Under the pieces are notes generated by a model. It was not told the DNA's origin. It searched no databases and worked only from the letters and a program-made list of their open reading frames with translations. A program made the translations under genes and the position numbers. Below are positions 1 through 9,358 of a DNA stretch of 64,000 bases, one piece after another. The first letter of the stretch is position 1. Each line of letters opens with the position of its first letter. The stretch covers positions 480,001 through 544,000 of the forward strand of contig CAWIAD010000001.1 of assembly GCA_963833985.1 (NCBI GenBank), in the 5' to 3' direction. This DNA is from an uncultured Planctomycetaceae bacterium. Lineage in GTDB: Bacteria > Planctomycetota > Planctomycetia > Isosphaerales > Isosphaeraceae.

Positions 1-3000
1 AACTCCACGGTTGCGGCCATCGACATCGAAGGGCAGGCGGGGCTGAGCACGGTCGCCTACAACCTGTTCAACGGCAACACGACGAACCTCATCGCCACCA
101 CCACCTCGGGCGACTTCCCGGGCAACCAGTTCCCCGTCTACGGCGACCCGGCCTTCGTGGACGCCGCGACGGGCAACTTCGCGCTGCAACCGACCTCGGC
201 GGCCATCGACGCGGCCCGCAGCGAGATCGGTCCCATCCCCGGTGCGGACGCGATCTATCCCACGATCAACCAGCTCTTGACCGACCAGTACGGCACCCGC
301 ACCGACCCGTCCACGGTCCTCTATCCCGAATCGCCCGGCGCTTCCAACACGTTCGGAGGCTTCGGCAACATCACCGATCCGCGGCAGATCCTCACCCTGC
401 CGGGATCAACCGCCTTCACGTTCCAGGATGAATGGGTCCCGGCCCTGGTTGGATCTGCGAATTCCTTTGGCGGACCCTCCACCGGCGCTTCGATTCCCGG
501 AACCTACAACTACATGCCGATCAACGGCCAGCGCGACTCGCTGGGACTGATCCGCATCGACGATCCCAGCGTGACCAACGTCGGCTACGGCAGGTATCCG
601 TTCTTCGACATCGGCGCTTACGAGTACGTGAACCTGCACCCGCCCGAGATCACGGGGGTGACCGCGACGCTCTCCACGTCCTCGAACCCGGTGAACTTCT
701 ACGCGGTGGGAGGCAAGTCGGGCGCCAACACCACCCCCCTCACGATCAACGTCACGTTCAACAGCCCGATCGACCCGAGCACGCTGAACGCGAGCACCGT
801 CGAGCTCGAGGCGCTGGGCGTCACCGGCAACAATGCCCCCGGCACGCTCATCAGCCTGGCCGGCAAGCTCACTTACAACACAGCGACCGAGACGTTGACC
901 ATCAACCTGGGCGCCAGCGGTTTGACCCTGAAGACCGACGCCTACCGGCTGATCCTGGTTGGCAGCGGATCGCAGGTGATCGCCAACCTGCAAGGCATTG
1001 CCCTCGATGGCGAGAACCTGAGCAACAACGACGATCCCAACAGCGGAGTGCAGCAGCCGCTTCCGTCCGGCAATGGCTACCCCGGCGGCAACTTCTATGA
1101 CAACTTCATCATCAACACCACGCCGCCGATCGTCACCTCCAACACGTTCCACCTGGCGGCTTCCAGCGATACGAACATCGTGGGCGACTACGTGACCCAG
1201 TCGACACTGCCCAGCTTCGTCGGCACGATCACCGAGCCGAACCTGGCGCTGGTGCCCCTCGCGGGCCAGACCGCAATCCTCGATATCGGCGTGGCCGTCA
1301 CCGGCTCGTCGGGAACCACCGTTTACTATGCGGACTCGACGAACATTCCCAGCGTCCTGCTGCCGTACCTGCGTAACGACGCCGGCACCGGGGTCACCGA
1401 TACGACGGGCAACTTCAGCGTCACCGTCGGCCTCGACGCGGCCGGCACGGGGCTGGTGACCAATACCAACCCGCTGCTGAACTCGCCGTACAACGTCGGA
1501 TCGAGCGGCCAGCTCGTTCCCTTGCCCGGCACCGTCAGCGGCTATTACGTGGCCCGCGTCCACGTGGTCGACCAGAGCGGCAACACCTCCCAGGCGGCCA
1601 CCGCACCGTTCGTCACCGACACCGTGCCGCCGACGGTCGCCGTGACCAGCCCGGTGCCGGACAGCGTGATCAACGCCAGCACCACGCCGTTCAGCTTCGT
1701 GGTGAGTGCCAGCGAGAACCTGGACCTGACGCACTTCACCACGTCGCAGATCCAGCTTCTTCAGTCGTCTGCCAGCGGCAGCTTCACCACCGGGGCCACG
1801 CCGATCTCCATCAACCCGACGATCACGGTCAATTACCTGGACAAGGGAACCGGCGGTCCCGGTGCCGAGACGCTCAGCTTCACGTCGGCCACTCCGCTGG
1901 CCAACGGGCTGTACCAGCTCACGCTGCTGGGCTCGTCATCCGACAACGGCGTCCGCGACATCGCCGGCAACTTCCCCGCCAGCGGCGACGTCGTGGTCAC
2001 CTTCGCCGTGTTCAACCCGAACCTGGTGACCGGCCTCTTCGTGGGGGGCTCCACCTACATCACTGATCCGAGCCTGCCCCTGGGCGACCGCGCCAACCCG
2101 TTCCCCACCATCGCGGCAGCCCTGGCGTCCGCGACCATCGGCGACCGCATCGAGATCCTGCCCGGCGTCTACACCGAGAGCGTGACGATGCAGCCCTTCG
2201 TGAGCATCGTCTCGGCCGCGACCACCAGTACCGATACCAGCTACATCCCCGGCAACGCACTGAGCACCATCATCCGCGCTCCGGCCGTCGCTTCGGGAAC
2301 TGGCTCTGTCACGGTGGCAGCCACGAACCTGGCGACGTTCACCAACAGCGCCACGGGCCAGGTGTTCCAGACCGAGCTTGGCGGACTGACCATCGCCTCG
2401 CCGCTGGTTGGCGACCCTGCCCTGGGACCGATCAATCCGCTATCGATCGGCGTCTACTCCAACAACTCCAGCTTCCTGATCGATCGCAGCTACATCATCG
2501 ACTCTGGCCAGGGAATCCTGGCCAGCACCCAGGGCTCGGCCTCGGCCGCGCCGACGATCGAGAACGACGGGATCATCGGCAACACCTACGGCTTGACGGT
2601 TCAGGACGCCGGCTCGACCAATACTGCCACGGTGACTTCGGTCATCAACAACACCTTCGCTTACAACACGATCGGTCTGCTGGCGGTGAACAACGCGAGC
2701 ACCGGCAAGCAGCAGGCGCTGGTGGCCAACAACATCTTCTGGCAGAACCACGACCAGACCCTGGCCCGCAGTGGCGTGGGCGTGTACTCCCAGAACACCA
2801 ACAAGCTGCTGCTCGTGAGCAACCTGTTCTCCGGCAACGGCCCCAGCGACACCAGCAGCGCCTACGCCGCGGTCAATATCGGCAACGGGTTCGACTCGAC
2901 CAAGCTCGGCCCGCTGGCGAGCAATGCGGCTTCAAACATGGGCAACTTCACGGGCTACCCCGCGTTCATTGCCCCCTACGATCCGCGTCCCGGTTCGGAC

Positions 3001-3873
3001 GGCCCCGCCACGTTCTTCCTCGACGCCAACTTCGGTCTGCTCTCGACCTCCTCCGCGATCAACAACGCACAGGAGAGCGTGGCCACCAAGACCGACTTCC
3101 TGGGCAACGCCGAGAATCCGAACCCCACCAACCTGGGATTCAAGCTGCCCGGCCTTGGCCCCAGGGACGTGGGTGCGTTCGAGTACGAACCGCTGGGAAC
3201 CAGCGGCACGACATCGGTCGGCGGGGCCTTCCGCGTGATCACCACGTCGCTGGTCCCCGACGGCGGAACGCAGGCCAACGGCAGCGTGCTCTACCTCTCG
3301 CCAGCGCCCTCGTCGATCATCATCGACTTTTCACAGCCCGTGAACCCGGGCACCGTGCAGGCCACCGACCTGCTGCTCTCCGGCTCCGATATCAACTCGG
3401 CCTCGCCGGTGAAGGCAACGAGCGTGAGCTGGATCGATAACCACACGGCCCGCTTCAACCTGAGCGGCCAGTTCAATCCCGTCGGCACGATCAACCTGGC
3501 GCTGGCGAACGGCGCGATCAAGAGCGCGACCGGGCAGCCCATGGTCACCTACTCCGACCAGGTCGTGCTCAACACCACGCAACCCGCGCCGACGCCCACG
3601 CCAACCCCCACGCCGACACCGACTCCGACACCGACGCCGACCCCCTCGCCAACCCCGACACCGACGCCGACTCCAACGCTGCCTGCCCCGGTCACACCGG
3701 CGCCCGCACCGGCGCCGACGACCCCTCCGGGCAAGAAGCACAGGACCCTGCCGGTCAGGCATGTTCCGCCGCCGAAGCACCGGCCAATCCCGGTGAAGCG
3801 GACTTTGCCCGTGCACAGGACGGCCGCCCCGATCACGCGGAAGCCGCCAACCTTCCACGGCAAGAAGAAGTGA
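1..3873 (+). CDS. Large secreted/surface protein, 5'-truncated (Ig-like and beta-helix-like segments, Pro-Thr linker, basic tail)
   Basis: Frame is open from base 1. Thr/Ser/Gly/Asn-rich; DIGAYEY and DVGAFEY motifs; repeated IDPSTLN/VNPGTV Ig-like segments; (PT)n run and K/R/H-rich end. Confidence 0.8.
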   Translation, partial: NSTVAAIDIEGQAGLSTVAYNLFNGNTTNLIATTTSGDFPGNQFPVYGDPAFVDAATGNFALQPTSAAIDAARSEIGPIPGADAIYPTINQLLTDQYGTRTDPSTVLYPESPGASNTFGGFGNITDPRQILTLPGSTAFTFQDEWVPALVGSANSFGGPSTGASIPGTYNYMPINGQRDSLGLIRIDDPSVTNVGYGRYPFFDIGAYEYVNLHPPEITGVTATLSTSSNPVNFYAVGGKSGANTTPLTINVTFNSPIDPSTLNASTVELEALGVTGNNAPGTLISLAGKLTYNTATETLTINLGASGLTLKTDAYRLILVGSGSQVIANLQGIALDGENLSNNDDPNSGVQQPLPSGNGYPGGNFYDNFIINTTPPIVTSNTFHLAASSDTNIVGDYVTQSTLPSFVGTITEPNLALVPLAGQTAILDIGVAVTGSSGTTVYYADSTNIPSVLLPYLRNDAGTGVTDTTGNFSVTVGLDAAGTGLVTNTNPLLNSPYNVGSSGQLVPLPGTVSGYYVARVHVVDQSGNTSQAATAPFVTDTVPPTVAVTSPVPDSVINASTTPFSFVVSASENLDLTHFTTSQIQLLQSSASGSFTTGATPISINPTITVNYLDKGTGGPGAETLSFTSATPLANGLYQLTLLGSSSDNGVRDIAGNFPASGDVVVTFAVFNPNLVTGLFVGGSTYITDPSLPLGDRANPFPTIAAALASATIGDRIEILPGVYTESVTMQPFVSIVSAATTSTDTSYIPGNALSTIIRAPAVASGTGSVTVAATNLATFTNSATGQVFQTELGGLTIASPLVGDPALGPINPLSIGVYSNNSSFLIDRSYIIDSGQGILASTQGSASAAPTIENDGIIGNTYGLTVQDAGSTNTATVTSVINNTFAYNTIGLLAVNNASTGKQQALVANNIFWQNHDQTLARSGVGVYSQNTNKLLLVSNLFSGNGPSDTSSAYAAVNIGNGFDSTKLGPLASNAASNMGNFTGYPAFIAPYDPRPGSDGPATFFLDANFGLLSTSSAINNAQESVATKTDFLGNAENPNPTNLGFKLPGLGPRDVGAFEYEPLGTSGTTSVGGAFRVITTSLVPDGGTQANGSVLYLSPAPSSIIIDFSQPVNPGTVQATDLLLSGSDINSASPVKATSVSWIDNHTARFNLSGQFNPVGTINLALANGAIKSATGQPMVTYSDQVVLNTTQPAPTPTPTPTPTPTPTPTPTPSPTPTPTPTPTLPAPVTPAPAPAPTTPPGKKHRTLPVRHVPPPKHRPIPVKRTLPVHRTAAPITRKPPTFHGKKK

Positions 3874-3902
3874 TCCTCGACTCGTACCTTCGTTCAGTCC
3901 CG

Positions 3903-3934
3903 CGGGCGGCTCCTCGGAGCCGCCCGTTTTCTTT
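3903..3934 (+). terminator. Rho-independent terminator
   Basis: Stem CGGGCGGCTC / GAGCCGCCCG, 4-nt loop, then TTTTCTTT, 30 bp after the stop codon. Confidence 0.85.
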
Positions 3935-4031
3935 GGGACGCACTCGGACCAGACCCGGCAGGGGAACGCCTCTCGGGGTCAGGAAATGTGCCCGGCCGGT
4001 GATCGAGCCCGCGCTTCCGGAGACTTCTGGG

Positions 4032-5489
4032 TTATTCCGGCAGCCACTTGAGCACGGGCGTCTTGGCGGCCTTCACCTCGTCGAGACGGCTCACCGGCGT
4101 CGTGTGCGGGGCGTCGTGCAGCATGCCTGGATCCTCGGTGGTGATCTGCCGCAGGGCCCGGGCAAACGCCTCCAGGGTTTCGCGGCTCTCGGTCTCGGTG
4201 GGCTCGATCATGAGCGCTTCCGGGACGATGAGCGGGAAATACACCGTCGGCGCGTGGAAGTTGTAGTCGATGAGCCGCTTGCCGATATCCATGGCGCGGA
4301 TGCCGCGGTCCCTGGCCAGATTCCGGGCCGACGCCACGAACTCGTGCATGCAGCGCGTTCCAAACGGCACGGGATAGACGTCTTTCACCAGCGCCAGCAG
4401 ATAATTCGCGTTCAGCACCGCGTGCTCGGCCACGCGCTTCAGTCCCTCGGGCCCCTGGCTGCGAATGTAGCAATAAGCTCGAAACAGCACCCCGGTGTTG
4501 CCGAAGAACGCGCGCACGCGGCCGATGCTCCGGGGCCGGTCATGATCCAGGAAGTAGGTGCCGTCGCTGCGCTGGCCCACCAGGGGAGCCGGCAGGAAGG
4601 GGGCCAGGTGGTCGCGCACGGCAATCGGGCCGGCCCCGGGACCGCCGCCGCCGTGAGGGCCGGAAAAGGTCTTGTGCGGGTTATAGTGCATCAGGTCCAC
4701 GCCCATATCGCCCGGCCGGACCACGCCCAGGATCGCATTCATGTTGGCGCCGTCGAGATAGAGCTGCGCGCCACGCTCGTGCAGCAGCCGCGCGATCTCG
4801 CCGATCTGCGGGTCGAAGAGGCCCACCGTGTTGGGATTGGTGATCATGAAGACCGCGGTCTGGTCGCTCAGCTTGGCCTTGAAGTCGGCCAGGTCCACGA
4901 TGCCGCAGGCATTGCTCTTGATGGTCACCGCCTCGAATCCGGCCAGGTGTGCCGAGGCCGGGTTCGTGCCGTGGGCGCTGTCGGGAACAAGTACCTGGGT
5001 GCGCCGCTCTCCCTTGTCGCGGAAGTAGGCGGCCGCCACCAGCAGCGCCGTCAGCTCTCCCTGGGCGCCGGCGGCGGGTTGCAGGCTCACCGCGTGCAGC
5101 CCGGCAATCTCCGCCAGGATCCCCTGAAGCTCGTACAGGAGGGCCAGCAGCCCCTGAAGCGTCTCATCATCCTGGTACGGGTGCTGGGCGCCGAGGCCGG
5201 GCAAGGCGGCCAGCCGCTCATTCCGCTTGGGGTTGTACTTCATCGTGCACGACCCGAGCGGATAGAAATTGGCATCGATCGCCATGTTCATGGTCGACAG
5301 GTTCGTGTAATGGCGCACCACGTCGAGCTCGCTCAGCTCGGGCAGCGCCGGCGGCAGGTCCGCCTGGTGGCCCTGGGGGATGAGCTCCCCGAGCGGCCGG
5401 TCCGGCACGTCGGCGGGCGGAAGGATGGCCGTGCTCCGGCCCGGCCGGCTGGATTCGAAGAGCAGGGGGGGCTGGTCGAGCTTGTACAT
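4032..5489 (-). CDS. gcvPB: Glycine dehydrogenase (decarboxylating) subunit 2
   Basis: FYPLGSCTMKYNP, SAHGTNPASA and HKTFSGPHGGGGPG motifs; start taken at MYKLDQP. Confidence 0.95.
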   Translation of the reverse strand: MYKLDQPPLLFESSRPGRSTAILPPADVPDRPLGELIPQGHQADLPPALPELSELDVVRHYTNLSTMNMAIDANFYPLGSCTMKYNPKRNERLAALPGLGAQHPYQDDETLQGLLALLYELQGILAEIAGLHAVSLQPAAGAQGELTALLVAAAYFRDKGERRTQVLVPDSAHGTNPASAHLAGFEAVTIKSNACGIVDLADFKAKLSDQTAVFMITNPNTVGLFDPQIGEIARLLHERGAQLYLDGANMNAILGVVRPGDMGVDLMHYNPHKTFSGPHGGGGPGAGPIAVRDHLAPFLPAPLVGQRSDGTYFLDHDRPRSIGRVRAFFGNTGVLFRAYCYIRSQGPEGLKRVAEHAVLNANYLLALVKDVYPVPFGTRCMHEFVASARNLARDRGIRAMDIGKRLIDYNFHAPTVYFPLIVPEALMIEPTETESRETLEAFARALRQITTEDPGMLHDAPHTTPVSRLDEVKAAKTPVLKWLPE

Positions 5490-5567
5490 CGGCGGACTGG
5501 TCCTGACGTGGAGCAAGATTTCCGGTTCTATTCGTGACCATGTGGCAACGGCACGTCTGGAGCAGCC

Positions 5568-6919
5568 TCAAACACGCTTCAAGGCCTGCTCGTACGCAGA
5601 GGCCAGACCGTCGATCTCCGGCCGTGTCCGCTTCTCGGTCACGGCGATGAGGATGCGGTCGGCCAGCTCGGGATACCAGCGTGAGAGGGCAATACCGCCG
5701 TGGTAGCCCTGCCGGCCAACTTCCCCCAGCAGGGCGCTCGCATCAGCCGGGCAGCGGATCACGAACTCCTTGAAGAAGGGGCCGGCAAATGCCAGCGAGA
5801 GCCCGGGCACGGCCGCCAGCCGCTCGGCCGCGTAGTGTGCCTTGCGGGTGGACAGCTCGGCCGCTTGCCGCAAACCGCCGGGCCCCATGGCCGCGAGGTA
5901 GATGCTGCTGCGCAGCGCCAGGAGCCCCTGGTTGGTGCAAATGTTGGAAGTGGCCTTCTCGCGACGGATATGCTGCTCGCGGGTCTGGAGGGTGAGGACC
6001 CAGCACCGCTTGCCATTGCGGTCGGTCGTCTGGCCGACGATCCGGCCGGGCATCTTCCGCAGGTGGGCCTCGCGGCAGGCGAGGATTCCCAGGTACGGCC
6101 CGCCGAACGACATCGGGTTGCCCAGTCCCTGGCCCTCCGCCACCACAATATCGGCGCCATAGTCGCCGGGCCGGCGCAGCAACCCCAGGCTGACAGGATC
6201 CACGCTCAGGATCGCCAGCGCCCCCGCGCATGCACCGCCTGCACCAGCTCTTCCACGTTCTCGAGCTGCCCGAAGAAATTGGGGAATTGCAGGACCACGG
6301 CGGCGGTGTCGTCCGTCAGCGCGGCCGCAAGGGTCCGGGCATCCACGGCTCCGTGCGGGGCGGGAACGGTGATCAGGCTCGGTTCCAGATGCTCTAGCGT
6401 GGTGGCCGCGATCTGCCGGTACTCGGGATGGACCGTTTCGGGCATGACCACGCGGCCGAACCGGCCGCTGATCGTGATCGCCATCAGGATCGCCTCGCTC
6501 ACGGCCGAGCCGCCGTCGTAGAGGCTGGCGTTGGAGACGTCCATCCCGGTCAACTGCGTGATCAGCGTCTGGTATTCAAAGGTGGCCTGCAAGGTCCCCT
6601 GGCTGGCCTCGGGCTGATACGGCGTATACGCCGTGTAAAACTCGCCCCGCGCGGCCAGGTGATCGACCACAGCGGGGATGAAGTGGTCGTAACTCCCCGC
6701 GCCCAGAAAGCAGACACGCTGATCGGCCCCCTGGTTGCGTGCCAGCAACTGGCTGACGTGATTCGTCAGCTCCAGCTCGGTGAGCGCCGGGCCGACGTCG
6801 AGCGGCCGTTTCAGCCGGAACTCGGCCGGCACCATGTCGAACAGGTGATCCAGCGAATCCAGGCCAATCGTCGCCAGCATCGCGCGAATGTCTGCGTCGG
6901 TATTTGCGATGTACGCCAT
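5568..6919 (-). CDS. gcvPA: Glycine dehydrogenase subunit 1 (one frameshift near 6221-6225)
   Basis: FYTAYTPYQPEASQG, NASLYDG and REQHIRREKATSNICTN motifs split over two frames; adding one base to the homopolymer restores HARGALAILSVDP. Confidence 0.92.
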
Positions 6920-7080
6920 GTTCAAAGGGTTCCACGGCCAGATCAACGTGCTGATCGCCCGGCGATCAGCCCAGAATTGTGTTGTATGTACGGGACGGGC
7001 AGTCATCCACCCCCGGCGCGGGGAACCGGAGAGACCCGCCTGGCGTGTTGCCGTCGCGACCAGCCCGGTGGACCACGCGA

Positions 7081-7467
7081 TCAATGGGCGTCGGCCTCGA
7101 GCTGCTGCTGGTAGGCGGGGTAGTCCATCAGCGCCGTGAACTGCTCGACGTCGTCGACCTTCATCTTGATCAGCCAGCCCACATCGTAGGGGTCGTCGGC
7201 CAGGAGCTGGAGGTTCTCCACGATGGCGGTGTTGACCTCGGTGACTTCGCCGGTCATGGGGGCGTACAGGTCGCTCACGGCCTTGACGCTCTCGATCTCG
7301 CCGAAACTCTTCCCCTTCACCAGGCGGGTTCCCACCTCGGGCAGCTCGATCATGATCAGGTCGGTGAGCTGATCGACGGCGAACCGCGAGATTCCCACGG
7401 TGGCCGTGTAGTCCTTGAGATAGACCCATTCGTGACTCGAAGCATACCGCAGCTGGGTGGGATCCAT
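7081..7467 (-). CDS. gcvH: Glycine cleavage system H protein
   Basis: SHEWV, IESVKAVSDLYAP (lipoyl-Lys) and DPYDVGWL motifs; position in operon. Confidence 0.95.
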   Translation of the reverse strand: MDPTQLRYASSHEWVYLKDYTATVGISRFAVDQLTDLIMIELPEVGTRLVKGKSFGEIESVKAVSDLYAPMTGEVTEVNTAIVENLQLLADDPYDVGWLIKMKVDDVEQFTALMDYPAYQQQLEADAH

Positions 7468-7525
7468 CGGGCAATTCCTCTCTGGTGCGACGTTGGAAAA
7501 GCAGTGAACGATCGGGGGGACGACC

Positions 7526-8638
7526 CTAGCTTCGCGCGAGAGCAGGCCGCCGGTAAAACGGCAGGTCAACGACCACCGCGGGCTCCCGGCGGCCGCGGAC
7601 GTCCACCGCGAGCATCGTACCGGGGCGCACCAGCGCCGGTTCGACGTAGCCCATCGCCAGGCTGAGCTGCAAGGTCGGTGCAAACGTTCCCGAGCTGACC
7701 GCACCGACTTCCCGGCCGCCGTCAAGAATGACTGCGCCCTGGCGGGCGATGCGCTTGCCTTCAAGCCGCAGGCCCACGCGCACGGCTCCCGGGTTCCGCT
7801 TCCACTCACGGAGCGCGGAGCGGCCGACGAACTCGCCTTTCTCCAGCTTCACGGCCCAGCCCAGAAGCGCGGCGTAGGGGTTGGTGGCGGCCGACAGCTC
7901 GTGACCATAAAGGGGCATGGCTGCCTCGAACCGCAAGGTGTCCCGCGCCCCCAGCCCACAAGCAGTGATCCCGTGCGGCTGGCCGGATTCCAGGATCGCG
8001 TTCCAGACGCGCTCCGCCTGGCCCGCCGCGACGATCAATTCAAAGCCGTCCTCGCCCGTGTAGCCGGTGCGGCTGAAAACGGCATTCACGTCGCCCAGTA
8101 CGCGGCCCATGACGAGATGGTAATACTTGACGTCCGCCAGCGGCTGGTCGCACAGGGGCTGCACGGTGGCCAGGGCCTGCGGACCCTGGACGGCGATCAT
8201 GGCCGTGTCGCGCGTGCGGTCGTGAAAGTTCCCCACCGCGCCTTGCCTGTGCGCCTCGAACTGGCCCACCACGCTGTTCCGGTTCGAGGCGTTGCACACC
8301 AGGTAGAAGCCGTACTGGTGGCGATAGACCAGAATGTCGTCGATCAGGCCGCCCTGCTCGTTGGCCATCAAGCTGTACTGGATCTGGTCGAGATGAAGCT
8401 TCGCGACGTGGTTCGTCGTCACCCGCTCCAGCCAGTCAAGCATGCCCGGTCCGTCGAAGGTGAGCCGGCCCATGTGGCTGATGTCGAACACGCCGACCCG
8501 CTGGCGCACCGCCTGGTGCTCCTCCACGATGGTCGAGTACTGCACCGGCATGAGCCAGCCGCCAAACTCAACCATCCGCCCACCGTGGGACTGGTGCCAG
8601 TCGGAGAGCGGGGTCTTGAGCAACGTCGGCTCGGCCAT
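7526..8638 (-). CDS. gcvT: Glycine cleavage system aminomethyltransferase T
   Basis: FDISHMG, RTGYTGEDGFE and GLGARDTLRFEA motifs. Confidence 0.95.
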   Translation of the reverse strand: MAEPTLLKTPLSDWHQSHGGRMVEFGGWLMPVQYSTIVEEHQAVRQRVGVFDISHMGRLTFDGPGMLDWLERVTTNHVAKLHLDQIQYSLMANEQGGLIDDILVYRHQYGFYLVCNASNRNSVVGQFEAHRQGAVGNFHDRTRDTAMIAVQGPQALATVQPLCDQPLADVKYYHLVMGRVLGDVNAVFSRTGYTGEDGFELIVAAGQAERVWNAILESGQPHGITACGLGARDTLRFEAAMPLYGHELSAATNPYAALLGWAVKLEKGEFVGRSALREWKRNPGAVRVGLRLEGKRIARQGAVILDGGREVGAVSSGTFAPTLQLSLAMGYVEPALVRPGTMLAVDVRGRREPAVVVDLPFYRRPALARS

Positions 8639-8859
8639 GGATGGATCACCCGGCAGACTTTGTTTGTAAGGTTTTGCCCGTTTATGGGAACATGATTCTA
8701 CTGGCAAACCCCTGGTAAAGGAAACACGACTCGCCCCGAACCAGCCGTTCCGCAACCTGGCCGATGTCGACCAACCGGGGCTTAGGCAAAGCTTCCGACT
8801 CGTGGGTTTTGTGCTTTCTTGGCCCCTCGACCATGCATGAGGGCGCTTCTCGAGAGATC

Positions 8860-8886
8860 GTAGGGTGGGTTGCGCTGCGCTGACCC
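8860..8886 (+). repeat. REP-derived sequence abutting the left end of the IS4 element
   Basis: GTAGGGTGGGTTGCGCTGCGCTGACCC; same family as the REPs around the RAYT gene. Confidence 0.85.
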
Positions 8887-9358
8887 CATAGCGTCCAACT
8901 TAAGGATTCCATTCCAGAAGTTCTGGATCCAAAAGGAGTTGGAATAGGCTGGGCCGTTTCTTCCGACGTTTCTTCTGAGCGACGCTAGCGATCGTCGTGG
9001 CCATGTCTCTCAAGGTGCGTATGAGCTCGTCGATGTTATCCAACGCTCGGGTCAGGGATTCCATCCAGTTCCGGATGACGCGGGCCGCTTTCCAGTGGCT
9101 GCGGCGGGGATCGGCCGCGTTCGCGGTCAGGAGCAGCCAATGCTGAAGCACCACGCCGATCAGTTTCGCCCAGAACAACGCCAGGCGTTCCATGCTGGTC
9201 CAGTGTGCACGCGACTCGGCGAGGTGGTTGTGAGATTTCCAAAGTTTGAACAGCAGTTCGATTTGCCAGCGCGTCCGATACAGGACCACGACCTCTTTCC
9301 ACGTCAGAAGTGCGGCCAGGCAGTTGGTCAGGAAAATCGTCCAGTCGCACAAGTCCAG

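Noticed and set aside
6206..6230. Programmed frameshift or phase variation in gcvPA
   Set aside because: Only a 5-base run, and similar indels are scattered through the window, so error is more parsimonious.
8640..8860. Glycine riboswitch upstream of gcvT
   Set aside because: I could not see the conserved aptamer motifs here or beyond the IS; an Rfam scan would be decisive.
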